Below, piece by piece: positions 10,874 to 21,184 of a stretch of 64,000 nt of DNA (its first letter is position 1; each line of letters starts with the position of its first letter). Made by a program: the position numbers and the translations under genes. A model generated the notes under the pieces. The model saw only the letters and a list, made by a program, of their open reading frames with translations, was not told where the DNA came from and searched no databases. Location of the stretch: assembly GCA_025558095.1 (NCBI GenBank), contig JAIVFI010000038.1, forward strand, positions 62,001 through 126,000. Reading direction: 5' to 3'. Origin of the DNA: Hyaloraphidium curvatum SAG 235-1 (taxonomy: Eukaryota > Fungi > Monoblepharomycota).

Positions 10874-12176
10874 GGCGGCGGAGGGGCGGGAGGACGGGGT
10901 GTTTGGTTTGGACGGCTCGGGGGGATTTGCCGGGGCCGCGGGGCTCTCGCCACATCACCGCGATGCGCGGGCTTCAGAAAGGGCGGCACGGGAACGGAAA
11001 TGGTGGGGCAGCGAGCATGGTCGCCTTTCTGCGGGATGGATGGCATGTAGGCCGGGATGCCGGACCGGGTTTCCCTGTTCCCTCCCTCGGCAAAGCTAGG
11101 CCCACTGGTCCGCGAAGCGGTGCCTTCCCGCCCCCCCAGCCAGCGCGCGACCCGCGCCCGCCCGTCTGCAACGTCCGAACTCGTACGGCCGCTAGCGGAG
11201 GTCAGGTCCAGCCCCCTTTGCCCTGCGGCCCCTCCCGCCCCGAACAACCGCCGTGGGACCTCCAGGCAAGGCACCGGTCGCCGTACCCATCCGCCCCGTC
11301 GGCCAACCTCCGTCCAGCCAGTCCACTGCGGTCCCAACCCCGCAGATAACCAGCCGCCGATTCAAGTTCCCGTGACGTCGCCGCCCGGAATTCCTGCACG
11401 TTCCCGTCGGCCCCCGCGGACGCACCGCCGCCTTCCCGCCCCCCTCGGAACCGCCAACCGCCCCGTTCCGTATCCCATCCGATCCCAACATCCTCACCCC
11501 GACCCCGGCCTGGAACTTCCCTGGAGGAAGAACCCCAAGTGAGCCAGGGAGGGTGAGTCAACGAGCGTATCGCGCGTGGCCGCCCCCGGTTGGTTGCACG
11601 CGCGCAGCACCGGGACGCTCGGATTTTCAAGAGGTGTTCCGGAGGCGCGGAGGGTGGCGCGGGGTGGGCGCTGCACGCGGCGGTCCGGGGGGATGCGATC
11701 CTGCACCCCGGTCTCGGCCGCCAGGGTCGCGTGCGTCAAACGGAGATCGGTGTCGTCATCGGCCACCCTGATGGAACCGCCCCGGATCGCGGGCCGCGAC
11801 GGGGCAACGGCTTTTCGGAAGCGGCTTGGGCGCCGGTCCGGCTTTTGCGGCGGGGAACGCAGCCGTCGCAGCGGCTGGCTTCGTCGGATGCCGCTCGGGC
11901 TGGTGGCGCGGCGGCGAGATTTTCCGGCGCGGCGTACGGCCGCCGGGGCGCCGGACCACCGCGGTCGGGGGGCAGAGGATCTTCCGACGCCGTTCCCGTC
12001 GGTCTGGGTGTCCGCAGGGGCGTACCGCGGGGGGGAGTCGGGGCGGAGCCAAGCGGCGGCCGGCGTGGCTGAGCGCCCAGCAGGGCCGTCTGAATCGTGG
12101 CCAAACTCTGAGCACAACACACAGCACCTAGCAAGGCCGCTGCGGCCCGCTGACCCCTGCTGACGGCGCCAGAGAA

Positions 12177-13001
12177 ATGGAACTCCCCGCCGGCCCCGGC
12201 GGCGCCGTGCCGCTGCGCGTGTCGTCGCTGCAGCCGGCGGACCCCGCCGGCCGCCCCGCCCCGCCCCTGCTGTCGGCGCTCGACGCGTCGCTCTCCTCCG
12301 ACTCGACGCTGTGCGGCGGGACAGCCGGCAGCCCGACGTCGCCCTCCGCCGCCCATTTCGCCCCGCCGAAGCCCGCCGCGATGCCGGTGCCCCGCCGGCC
12401 GCCGTTGCCGGCGTGCCCGCACGGCTCGGGCGACGGGACGTGCTACGCCTGCCTCACCGCCGACTTCCCTTCGGCCGATCCCCCTCGCTCCGACCTGACG
12501 GACACCTCGGACGACGAGCCCGAACCCTCCCGCGAACCCCCCGACCCCTTGTCCCTCTCGCTCTCCTCGACCCTCCCCCCGGCCCTCTCCGCCTCCCTCC
12601 CGCACCGCCCCTCCCTCCGCTCCGCCTCCCGCGCCCGCTCCCACACCCACGGCGGCGTCTCCTTCTCCCCCCTGGTCTCGCAGGCGTGGACCTGGGGCCC
12701 CGAGGAGTACGACCGCCAGGCGGCCAAGGCCAACTTCCTGGCGCTGTACGGGCTGGACGCCGACGGGCTGCCCGAGGGGCTGGGGGAGGGGTTGCTCCCG
12801 GGACTGCCGGACAGGCTGCCGCGGGGACCCCTGTCCCTCCCCCTGCCGGGCGGCGCCGCGCGGGGGGCGGTGTCGCTGCCCTCGACAAGGGCCGAGCGGG
12901 CCTCGGTGTTCGAGAGGACGATGGGCGGCGTGAGGGGGGTGCCGGTGGCCATGTGGAGGGCGGCGGCGGCGCTGGCCGCCGAGAAGGAGCGGGGGAGCTA
13001 G
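12177..13001 (+). CDS. Pro/Ser-rich protein with a Bni4-C-terminus-like motif (possible PP1 interactor)
   Basis: Coding-like codon bias; GVSFSPLVSQAWTWGPEEYDR resembles the fungal xVxF...TW...EYDR motif. Confidence 0.55.
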   Translation: MELPAGPGGAVPLRVSSLQPADPAGRPAPPLLSALDASLSSDSTLCGGTAGSPTSPSAAHFAPPKPAAMPVPRRPPLPACPHGSGDGTCYACLTADFPSADPPRSDLTDTSDDEPEPSREPPDPLSLSLSSTLPPALSASLPHRPSLRSASRARSHTHGGVSFSPLVSQAWTWGPEEYDRQAAKANFLALYGLDADGLPEGLGEGLLPGLPDRLPRGPLSLPLPGGAARGAVSLPSTRAERASVFERTMGGVRGVPVAMWRAAAALAAEKERGS

Positions 13002-13483
13002 CGCCTTCCGCGGGGCGGACGGAACGCGTGCAGATTGTAGACACGGTGAGGGACCCGGAAGACCCTCGTTAGCTGCGTACGATGGATGCCTCCGCCGTCC
13101 GGTGTGCAAATTCGGACCAAAAGTTGAGAGTTCGGCCCCGTGCCGCGCACCAGCGGCTGGCGGAGTTACGTCACGCATACCGCCCGCAACACCTCGATTT
13201 CGTCCCCATGGCCCGACGGGGGACTGCCGAGTAGGGGAAACTGCCGAAAAGGGCGATCGAACTGCGGGGGAAAGGCGCCCGCAGATTACATCGCCGCGGG
13301 GTCTGGCGGGGTCGGAGCGTCGGGCTGTGCAGGCACGGTGATGCGGCCGGTGCGGTGCCCGACCCGGGGCCACACGGCCGGCCGACGCACGGCCACCCGG
13401 ACAATCGCAACCGCCCAGGAAGCTTCCCACCCCTCCGCATCACCAACTCCGCTGCAGCGTTAGGCAGCCGTCCCCGGATCGAG

Positions 13484-14084
13484 ATGCGCGCGCCGCTCCC
13501 CGCCTTGGCGCTCGCCGCCGCCCTCGCGGCGCTGCTCTCCAGGTCCCGCCCCCGCACGCCCGGCCGCAGCTTTCCGCTGACCATCGTCTCGCCCACAGCC
13601 ACACGTCGGCGACCCCGCAGCCGCACGTCGTATACGCCCGCTCGTGCGCAGAGTGCGCCGGCGACTCGTACTGGTGCGTGCCCCGGCCGCCCTCCGCCCT
13701 CCTAACTCGCTGATCGCCCATCTTATCGCCAGCGAATTTGGTCTCCCGGATGCCCCCGCGGACCACGTCACGTGCGTGAACGACGCAGGCGGCGAGCGCT
13801 CCCTCTACCGGCGCTACGACCCCCCACCTCCCCCCCCTCCCCCCGTCACATACACCGACTGCGGCGCCCTGAGGACGTGCTGCTCCGGCAGCGACCCTAC
13901 CGGCCCGTCCGAGCCCACCGACACTGCCGGCTGCGCGGCCTTCTGCACGGCCAGGCCCGGCTGCACGCACTGGGATTTCGCGGGGGGCACGTGCACGGCG
14001 TACTCGGGGTGCTCGAGCTACTTCGAGGACGACGGGTTTCTCTTTGCCAAGGACCCCGCCGCGTGCCCCGGCGCCGCGTGCTAG
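13484..14084 (+). CDS. Small secreted Cys-rich protein with a PAN/apple-like C-terminal domain
   Basis: Signal peptide MRAPLPALALAAALAALLS; introns 13543-13598 and 13674-13732; poly-Pro linker, then CAAFCTARPGCTHWDFAGGTC. Confidence 0.75.
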
Positions 14085-14452
14085 GTGGGTCGGGCGGCCG
14101 CGCGGGTGCCCTGACTTTCGACCGCTGAGCGCGGCCGCCTCCGCACACATCGGTGCAGCGCGTCTCCGTGCCGGACCGCTGCCTTGCTTCGAAGAAGACG
14201 CCCTGGGGGCGGGATCGGATTCTGGTGGAATGGGTGGCCTATTCGTTGTATAGCTCCGATCTCGCGCAGAAGCCCACCAAACCAACCTATCGCGGCGGCC
14301 CGAGTTGGTGTGGCTCCACCGCGCAAATGTGTTTCCGTGCTGCAATGAGTATCACTGTCTGAAGAGTGCTGCAGTCTTATAGCGAAGGAGCGGTCAGGCC
14401 TTTGACCGTCAGCCGCCGCCAACTCACCGTTCCTGTGAAGCCCCAAGGAACG

Positions 14453-15964
14453 ATGCCGCGCACCCTCCACGAGCTCTGCGCCGGCGGCGACGCCGCCGCC
14501 GTCGCGGCGCAGCTCGCCCGCGGCGCGGACCCCAACGCCGCCAACCCCCTCGGCCACGCCCCGCTCTTCGTGGCAGCGTTCCACGGCCGCCCCGACTGCG
14601 TCCGAGCGGTGCTCGCCGACCCGCGGGCCGATCCCAACGCGGCAAAGGGGCGCGGGTTGAACGCGCTCATGGGGGCCGCGTGGAAGGGCGAGGCCGAGTG
14701 CGTGAGGGTTTTGCTGGCGCACCCCAAGACGGACGTGGACGCGAGGAACGAGTGGGGACGCACCGCGGCGTTTTACGCCGCGGTGCAGGAGAACATCGAG
14801 GTCGTGGACCTGCTGCTCGCACGGGGCGCCGATTTCTCGATGCCCAATCTGGCGTCGGAGAGGGGCAACGTCGACTCGTTCCAGCTGCTCGACATCCCCG
14901 ACGCCGTCCGCCGCAGGATCGTCGACGGGCTTGCGGCCCGGGAGGTCGACACCTCTATGCTCGGTCCGTGGCTGCAGCCCGCGCCCGAGCGCGACCCCAC
15001 GGCGCGGCTGATCCAGGCGGCATTCACGGGCGATCCGGAAGCCACCAAGACTCTCGTGCAGCAGCTCGGCGCCAACGCCTCGGACGGCTGGGGCCACACC
15101 CCGTTGATGGCCGCCGCCTTCCAGAACGCCGACGGATGCGCCGACGTCGTCCGCCACCTCCTCTCCCTCCCCGACGTGGCGATCGACGCCCGCGACCACT
15201 TCGGCCGCACCGCGTACTACTGGGCCGCCGCCATCAACTCGACCGAGGCCATGGAGCTGCTCTACGCTGCGGGCGCCGATGTCTCTGCTGCTGACGGGGA
15301 GGGGAACAAGCCCGAGAAGGCGGTGGTGGAGCTGCTCCACCTCGCCAACGAGCCCGAGACGGCGGGGCTGGTGAGGAAGCACAGGAGGCGCCCGGCGAAG
15401 CGCGCGGCCGGGGAGCAACAGCACCCCGCTGCCAAGCCGGGCAAGCGCCGCCGCGGGGCCACTTCGGAGCCGGAAGCCGCCGCCGAGCTGGAGCGGGACG
15501 CGGAATCAGCCGATGAGGACGTCCGAGAGGCGCCTGCCGTGAAGCCCGAGCCCAACGACCCCTCGTTGTTCCACCTTCCCACCGATCCGACCCCGCGCCA
15601 GAGCTCGCCCACCCCCGAGGAACCGGCCCCTCCCGGCATCGAGGCGGAGCTGGCCGCGCAGCGCGCGTCGATCGCCCGCCTGGCCAACGAGGAGGCCACC
15701 CGCCTCGGCGCGGCGCTGCTCCGCGCCGCGGCCGCCGAAAGCGATGCGGCAAAAGCCAGAGAGGAGCGTAAAGCGGCGGTGGCGGATGCAGCCCGAGCGA
15801 GGACGGAGCGAGACGCCGCGAGGGACGAGGCTCGGCAGGCCGTTGGGGAGCGGGACGAGGCGAGTGCCGAGGCTGGGAGGCTGCGCCGGGAGGTGGACGC
15901 GTACAGGGCGGACCGGGAGGCGATCGAGGGAATCTTGGGGCGGCGCCGAGGGCCGTCCGCATGA
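14453..15964 (+). CDS. Ankyrin-repeat protein with a C-terminal coiled coil
   Basis: Repeats such as GHAPLFVAA, GRTAAFYAA, GHTPLMAAA and GRTAYYWAA; basic NLS-like KPGKRRR; Ala/Glu/Arg-rich tail. Confidence 0.88.
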   Translation: MPRTLHELCAGGDAAAVAAQLARGADPNAANPLGHAPLFVAAFHGRPDCVRAVLADPRADPNAAKGRGLNALMGAAWKGEAECVRVLLAHPKTDVDARNEWGRTAAFYAAVQENIEVVDLLLARGADFSMPNLASERGNVDSFQLLDIPDAVRRRIVDGLAAREVDTSMLGPWLQPAPERDPTARLIQAAFTGDPEATKTLVQQLGANASDGWGHTPLMAAAFQNADGCADVVRHLLSLPDVAIDARDHFGRTAYYWAAAINSTEAMELLYAAGADVSAADGEGNKPEKAVVELLHLANEPETAGLVRKHRRRPAKRAAGEQQHPAAKPGKRRRGATSEPEAAAELERDAESADEDVREAPAVKPEPNDPSLFHLPTDPTPRQSSPTPEEPAPPGIEAELAAQRASIARLANEEATRLGAALLRAAAAESDAAKAREERKAAVADAARARTERDAARDEARQAVGERDEASAEAGRLRREVDAYRADREAIEGILGRRRGPSA

Positions 15965-15991
15965 TGTGCGGAGTCTTCCTCCGAAATCCGT

Positions 15992-17524
15992 TCACGCGGG
16001 GCACACCGTCTGCATCGTCACCGTCACCCCAGCCCCCCTCAGTATCCCATGTAACATCCCCACGCCGACCGTCACCAGCGCCAGCATGGCGCCGCGCAGG
16101 AACCCCAGGTCCGCGACGAACCCCAGGACCGTCGCGCGGTCCTCGCGTGCCGACGATTCGAAAACCCCGAGCAGGCGCGCACAGTCCCGCATCCGTGCGG
16201 CGTCCGGGTGGTCCGGCCGGTCCAGGAGTAGGCGGTCGAGGTCCGTCCTGCACCGTCGGTACAGAGCGGCAACGGCCGAGGTGCTCCGGTTCGCGACGGC
16301 GGCGTTGATGAAGGGCCGGAGGAAGAGGGTGCAGGTGTTGAAGATGGCAAAGAACTGCCATGCCGTGACGCACCCGGCTCCGATGATGTTGATCAGGACG
16401 GAGACGAGCACGTTGACGCCAATGAAGCCCAGCTGCAGCATCACGGACGACGTAGAGCCTTTGAAGGACCTCCACACGGGCGCCATGGCCTGGTGGAGGT
16501 ACACAAAAGGTTCAGGAGCGCGCGGCGCGGCCGTTGACGATGCCGCTGCCCCTGGAGAATCCAGTCCTGTCGATGCGACACCCCCCTCGGTCGCAGTGCA
16601 ATGTCTGGATACGAGATCCGAGAGGCAAACGGCCGCCGCCCGCGCCTGGAGCCGGCCTTCCAGGCCAATGAGCGCGAAATCCGTCGCGAACAGGTCGATT
16701 CCGTGGTTGACGACGTAGATTGCCAGGCAGGCCAGGACGTAGGCGGAAAGAGCCGCTCTCCACGGCGAGCTCCATGTCGCGCCGGCGAAGGTCACGAGCG
16801 GCGTCCAGAACTCGACGGCGCCCCACCCGAAAATGCCCACGATGCAGAGCATGGCGTACCACACGCACTGCAGCACGGCAGACTTGTGCAGGACGCGCCC
16901 GCCGCAGGTCGCGGCGGGGCACGGGCAGGGCATCCCCTTGCCTTTGCCGCCGGCGTCGTGCTCCAGGAGCTCGTCCGTCAGCCGTCCCCCCCGTGCGCGC
17001 TTCTCCAAGTCGTCCGCATCGGCGCACAAGCGGTACCATCGCAGATACGGGGCGAAAGGGTGCGTGTCCGGCGTCCTGCTTAGGGCCCGCGAGAGCCGGA
17101 GCGTGACCGGCACCCCGGCGGCAAAGATCAGCTCGTGGTAGACCAGCGCGGCCATCCCGACGGCGTAGCCGCGCGTATCAAACAGGTCCGATGCCGCGGG
17201 CAGGTTGACCATGGCGGCCGCCAGCGCGATCCTGGGGGCCGAGTAGACGAGGAAACGGGCGGCGGTGTTTGTGCCCAGCGGCGGGTTCGCGGCGACCAGG
17301 GCCAGCAGGCCGCGGTGGAAAGCGGACTTTCGAAAGGCGGCAAGGAAGTCGGCCGGCACGAGCGGCGCCGCCTCCCGCGCGCCCGCACCGGCGTCGCATT
17401 CCGGCGGGGGCGCCGCGTCGCCGTCGTACAGGGGGCGCGCCACAGCCGGCGGCGCCGAGGGCACGAGCGCCGCCCACGCCGCGCCGGAAAAGAAGGCGCC
17501 GGGGCCGTCGTCTTCGGCGGGCAT
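15992..17524 (-). CDS. Seven-TM protein, GRL/7TMIC-like family, paralogue 1
   Basis: About 7 hydrophobic segments; HD...CPC...C.G loop; YLHQAM..VW; C-terminal ATVLGFVADLGFLRGAMLALVTVGVGMLHGILRGAGVTVTMQTVCP. These motifs are shared with 42123-43658 and 49827-51394. Confidence 0.8.
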   Translation of the reverse strand: MPAEDDGPGAFFSGAAWAALVPSAPPAVARPLYDGDAAPPPECDAGAGAREAAPLVPADFLAAFRKSAFHRGLLALVAANPPLGTNTAARFLVYSAPRIALAAAMVNLPAASDLFDTRGYAVGMAALVYHELIFAAGVPVTLRLSRALSRTPDTHPFAPYLRWYRLCADADDLEKRARGGRLTDELLEHDAGGKGKGMPCPCPAATCGGRVLHKSAVLQCVWYAMLCIVGIFGWGAVEFWTPLVTFAGATWSSPWRAALSAYVLACLAIYVVNHGIDLFATDFALIGLEGRLQARAAAVCLSDLVSRHCTATEGGVASTGLDSPGAAASSTAAPRAPEPFVYLHQAMAPVWRSFKGSTSSVMLQLGFIGVNVLVSVLINIIGAGCVTAWQFFAIFNTCTLFLRPFINAAVANRSTSAVAALYRRCRTDLDRLLLDRPDHPDAARMRDCARLLGVFESSAREDRATVLGFVADLGFLRGAMLALVTVGVGMLHGILRGAGVTVTMQTVCPA

Positions 17525-17692
17525 GGTCCAATTGCATGGGTGAGCTGCGCTTAAGCCGAGCAGACGTGCCTACCAGACTCCTTAGACCTCGCAACCGGCG
17601 GTTCCCACGCGGCGCCGTCAAACTCAGAGCAGCGACCGTCCTCTCCGCTGGTGGGGGTTACGCAGACTTTGGGACGCGCGCCTGCCGCGGCG

Positions 17693-18211
17693 ATGGTCGA
17701 GTGCGCCCCCCATGAGCACGACCCGGAGAAGCGGGTGCCGCCCCACATCCGGACGCTGCCGCGGCTCGGACTCCCCCCCGACGAGCCTGCGGTGCTCGTC
17801 GCGTTGCCCTGGAGCTCGGGCGGGCTCTTCCTGGAGGTGCCCTGCCGCGGCGCGAGCTGCGGCGCTGGGCTCAAGGACGCCGTTGCGCGGGAAGTAAACC
17901 TTCCTAAGCTCTTCCGCAAACACCTGGAGCTGCGGCGGCTACCCGGCCCGGCGGCACCGCAGGAGCGCGACGTCGCCCTGCTCGACGGACTCAAGGGCGC
18001 GTGGACTCTGGCCATGCCCCGGGGGTACTTCCCCGAGAAAGTGCTTGACCGCGACCCCTTCCCCGATCCCTCGCGTTCTTTAGGACCTGGCTCCTTCATT
18101 GTCGCGGCTATCGAGCCCGAGTGGTCATGGAGGCTCATGGCTGCAGATATTGCAGCTGGCTGGGGATTCCCTGTCTATGAGCCTTGGTATGACAGGCGCT
18201 ACGGATCTTGA
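17693..18211 (+). CDS. Hypothetical protein with a possible ubiquitin-like (Crinkler-N-like) segment
   Basis: Coding-like codon bias; FLEVPCRGASCGAGLKDAVAREV loosely matches a beta-strand followed by the LKxAI helix pattern. Confidence 0.45.
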   Translation: MVECAPHEHDPEKRVPPHIRTLPRLGLPPDEPAVLVALPWSSGGLFLEVPCRGASCGAGLKDAVAREVNLPKLFRKHLELRRLPGPAAPQERDVALLDGLKGAWTLAMPRGYFPEKVLDRDPFPDPSRSLGPGSFIVAAIEPEWSWRLMAADIAAGWGFPVYEPWYDRRYGS

Positions 18212-18363
18212 AAATGTGTATTCTCGATTCACAGTGGATAGGACGGGTGTAGGAGGGCGAGTAGAGAATTTTCGCCTCGGACGGACGGGAAAGCTTCTCA
18301 GGTCCCAACCCGCAGACCACGTCATCAGTTCACAACCGACCCCACCCAACACGTTCAGACGCA

Positions 18364-18663
18364 ATGAGCCTCGCGTTTTCCGTTCTCTACAAGGGTTTCC
18401 GATACCACATTGAACTTCCTCTCCCGACGACCGCAAAGGCTCTGCGCGCCGCCGTCCGCGCTGAGCAGCCCATCCTCTTCCTGTGGCCGTTCCGGCTGTA
18501 CATTGCCGGAGCACGCCAGCCTAGGGACGACAACGAAATCTTCCGTATTACTTGGGATGAGTCGAGGCTGATACTGGACGGGGACCCCGTCCCGGATCCC
18601 GAACGGGGGCTCGTGAATGGCGTCAACATTGTAGCGGTGCCTGCTCCGGGCGGTGCGTTTTGA
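18364..18663 (+). CDS. Small protein, possible ubiquitin-like/Crinkler-N-like fold
   Basis: 99 aa: FSVLY...HIEL...TAKALRAAVRAE...FRLYI...VNIVAVP, a secondary-structure pattern compatible with a beta-grasp fold. Confidence 0.4.
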   Translation: MSLAFSVLYKGFRYHIELPLPTTAKALRAAVRAEQPILFLWPFRLYIAGARQPRDDNEIFRITWDESRLILDGDPVPDPERGLVNGVNIVAVPAPGGAF

Positions 18664-19855
18664 TGCACTCGATGTCGAAACTGATACTCATGCTTGATGT
18701 CTCCAGTGTGGGCAGTCGCGTCTTCGTTCGGGTTGCCGGCTGCGACAGCTGCCGTCGCTTTCACAGTCCGAGAAGGTCTCCCTTTTGCTATGTTCCTAGC
18801 GGCGATACTAGCGGCCGGCTTCAACGTCAACTGTGCCATCCTCGAGCTACGACGCTGGAGATGATCTCGTGGGGTTTGGGGAGAGCAGAGCGCCTTGATA
18901 GGACTCTGTGAAGGCGAGCACGATTGTTCCATTTGGAAAGAGTGGCTTTTCAGAAGATTTCCTACGTCCGCGCTCGCCGGCCCGGCATCATGTTTCCCAC
19001 CTCCATGACAATCTCGCACTCTGCTCCCTGATCTGCAGCCACGCACTCCGTGCAGCTCTGCATACATGCTTTGTGGAACACAAGCGCCTCCCATCCGTTC
19101 GTCCTTGCCGAGGACGAAAAGTTGGCCGCGGCGAAGCCGATTAGCGCGGCGCGGCCGATGAGCCGGCGCAAAGGGGGTGGATTCCAGCCCGATGAGGGGG
19201 CTGTGCAAAGCTGACGGGGCGAAAGAGTGGGGGCAGGTGATGAGGGCGTGAGCCAGAGTAGGCAGGCAGGGGAATGGTGTATGCGACTGCGGGAACGGGG
19301 CGAGGGGTTCGACCAGCTGGAATGCTGGGGAGAAAAGCGGGGCTCACCCCAATGCCGAGTGCAGCGCGCTCTCACTCGACAATGGAAGCCCTGAACCCTT
19401 AACCCGATCTTAAACAGGTACTGCTCGTGACAGAAAGCGAACCGGTGTGATTTGCCGCACTGGCTCTGGCTGGGAACGAGAGGGACCGCGTGGGCCTGCT
19501 AGGAGGAGTGAGTCCGCGGTTCAGGGTGGACGATCCGGCCCCGTCTGAGCGGCCTCCACCTTACGGTAATCGTTCCTCAAATATTCAGATGTCACTTCCA
19601 GATGGGATTCCTCCGCGATCGCCGCGATTCGCCGCGATCCGGGTTGCCGCCCTGCCCGACGCCCGAGCTAATCCTGCCCCTCCGGCGACTCAGACGACCC
19701 GAATCGCGTCCCGGACGCGTCTATCGGTCTCATTTTGGCAATGACCTGCCCATGGCTGGCGTCTTTTGCCCCAGTGACCGCGATCGGCGCGCGGGATCCG
19801 GGCACCCGTGCGCCCAGGGTCCTCGGGCCGCCGGCCCATCGCCCCGCCCTTCCCG

Positions 19856-21070
19856 ATGGCCGTCCCGGCCCCGCTTCTCCGCTCGGCGGCACGCGTTTTC
19901 GCCCGCCGGTGGCAGTCGGGCGCCCCGCCGCCCCCGCCCGCACCGGCGGTCTCGCCGCTGCCGCCCGTCCGCCCGCCGCCGACGCCGTGGGGCGGCCGCG
20001 CGCCGACCTTCGCGTCCGCCGCACCGCCGCCGGGCCACAAGCAGCAAAAGATCGTGCTGCCCGAGCCCGCGTTCCGCGAATGGCGCATCGACACGGCCGG
20101 CGCCCGCGTGCGCATATCGAAGGCCTACAGGCGCGGCTCGCTGCTCTACGACACACCGACCTCGCACCCCAAGATCGTGCTGCCGCACGTGCAATTGAAC
20201 CACGCCGAGGCGCTGTACAAGACGGACGATCTGCCGGCGGTGCCGGTGCCGGGGGGCCTGGCGATCCCCGCGCCGGTGGCGATGCCGCTGGGCGCGCTCG
20301 CGGTGGTCATGAAGGAGGAGCTGGGGGTGGACCAGGTCGAGCTGTGGGACTGCGTGGCTTTCGACGAGCCGGCCGACGGGGTCGGGGGCGCGAAATCGGA
20401 GGTGGAGGACGCGTCGGCGGGGAACTACCACCCCGACGCGCCGCGAACGGACGGCGATGCCGCGCTGCCGCTCAAGACCCTCCGCCCGGGCACCCGCTGG
20501 TCCAACTTCGCCGCCTTGGGCGACGTCTTCACCGAGGCCATGCAGGGATTCTCGCAGGGCTTCTTCATCGCCCACCCGGAGCCCGGCGCGCCCGCGGAAC
20601 AGCCCTGGCGGGTGACCTACATCAAGGTGCCATCCCTCCCCGAGCGCCTCGCGCCCGCGCTCGCGATCCTGCTCCCCCTGCGGGAACGGCTGTCGGTCCT
20701 GGACGCGCGCAAGGCCGAGCTGGACGCGCACTCCTCTGTTGCTGCTCACCGCGCCCTGGTGGCTGCTTTCTCGGCCCTGTGCAGCTACACGGTGGTCGTG
20801 GGATACCTGGTCTTCATAGGCAGCGATTGGGACACGATGGAACCCATCACGTTCTACGTCGGCCTGTGCTTCGCGGTGGCCGTGTCGGGATTCTACCTCG
20901 CCACACATAGGGCATTTTCCTACGAGACGCTGCACTCCATGGCGCACGAGAGGAGGATGGCGCGGCTGTACAGGGAGAAGGGGTTCGACCTGGAGGACTG
21001 GAAGCGGACAAAGGCCGAGGTGGAGGCGTGGGACGCGTGGATGGCGGCCGTCAAGAGGAGTTACAACTAG
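19856..21070 (+). CDS. MCU: Mitochondrial calcium uniporter (MCU family)
   Basis: Arg-rich presequence MAVPAPLLRSAARVFARRWQS; coiled coil; two TM helices flanking WDTMEPITFY (DxxE filter); FSYE...GFDLE tail. Confidence 0.9.
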   Translation: MAVPAPLLRSAARVFARRWQSGAPPPPPAPAVSPLPPVRPPPTPWGGRAPTFASAAPPPGHKQQKIVLPEPAFREWRIDTAGARVRISKAYRRGSLLYDTPTSHPKIVLPHVQLNHAEALYKTDDLPAVPVPGGLAIPAPVAMPLGALAVVMKEELGVDQVELWDCVAFDEPADGVGGAKSEVEDASAGNYHPDAPRTDGDAALPLKTLRPGTRWSNFAALGDVFTEAMQGFSQGFFIAHPEPGAPAEQPWRVTYIKVPSLPERLAPALAILLPLRERLSVLDARKAELDAHSSVAAHRALVAAFSALCSYTVVVGYLVFIGSDWDTMEPITFYVGLCFAVAVSGFYLATHRAFSYETLHSMAHERRMARLYREKGFDLEDWKRTKAEVEAWDAWMAAVKRSYN

Positions 21071-21184
21071 CTTTCCGGGCGGGAGGGTGTCGGAGGGCGG
21101 GGCATGGGGTTGGCAGTGTCGATACCAACGAGAACCATAGAGAGGTCGTGTTGTTCCCCGCGCTCCCGTCCCGGAACACAACAA

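Noticed and set aside
10900-12170. Overlapping 140-200 aa ORFs on both strands
   Set aside because: No codon bias or motifs; more likely a long divergent promoter/5' UTR region between the Nudix gene and 12177.
19388-19405. CCCTGAACCCTTAACCC telomere-like or telo-box sequence
   Set aside because: Only about two degenerate units, which is compatible with chance.
18664-19800. Short ORFs in lower-GC DNA as a transposon relic
   Set aside because: I found no transposase, RT or integrase motifs, terminal repeats or target-site duplication.
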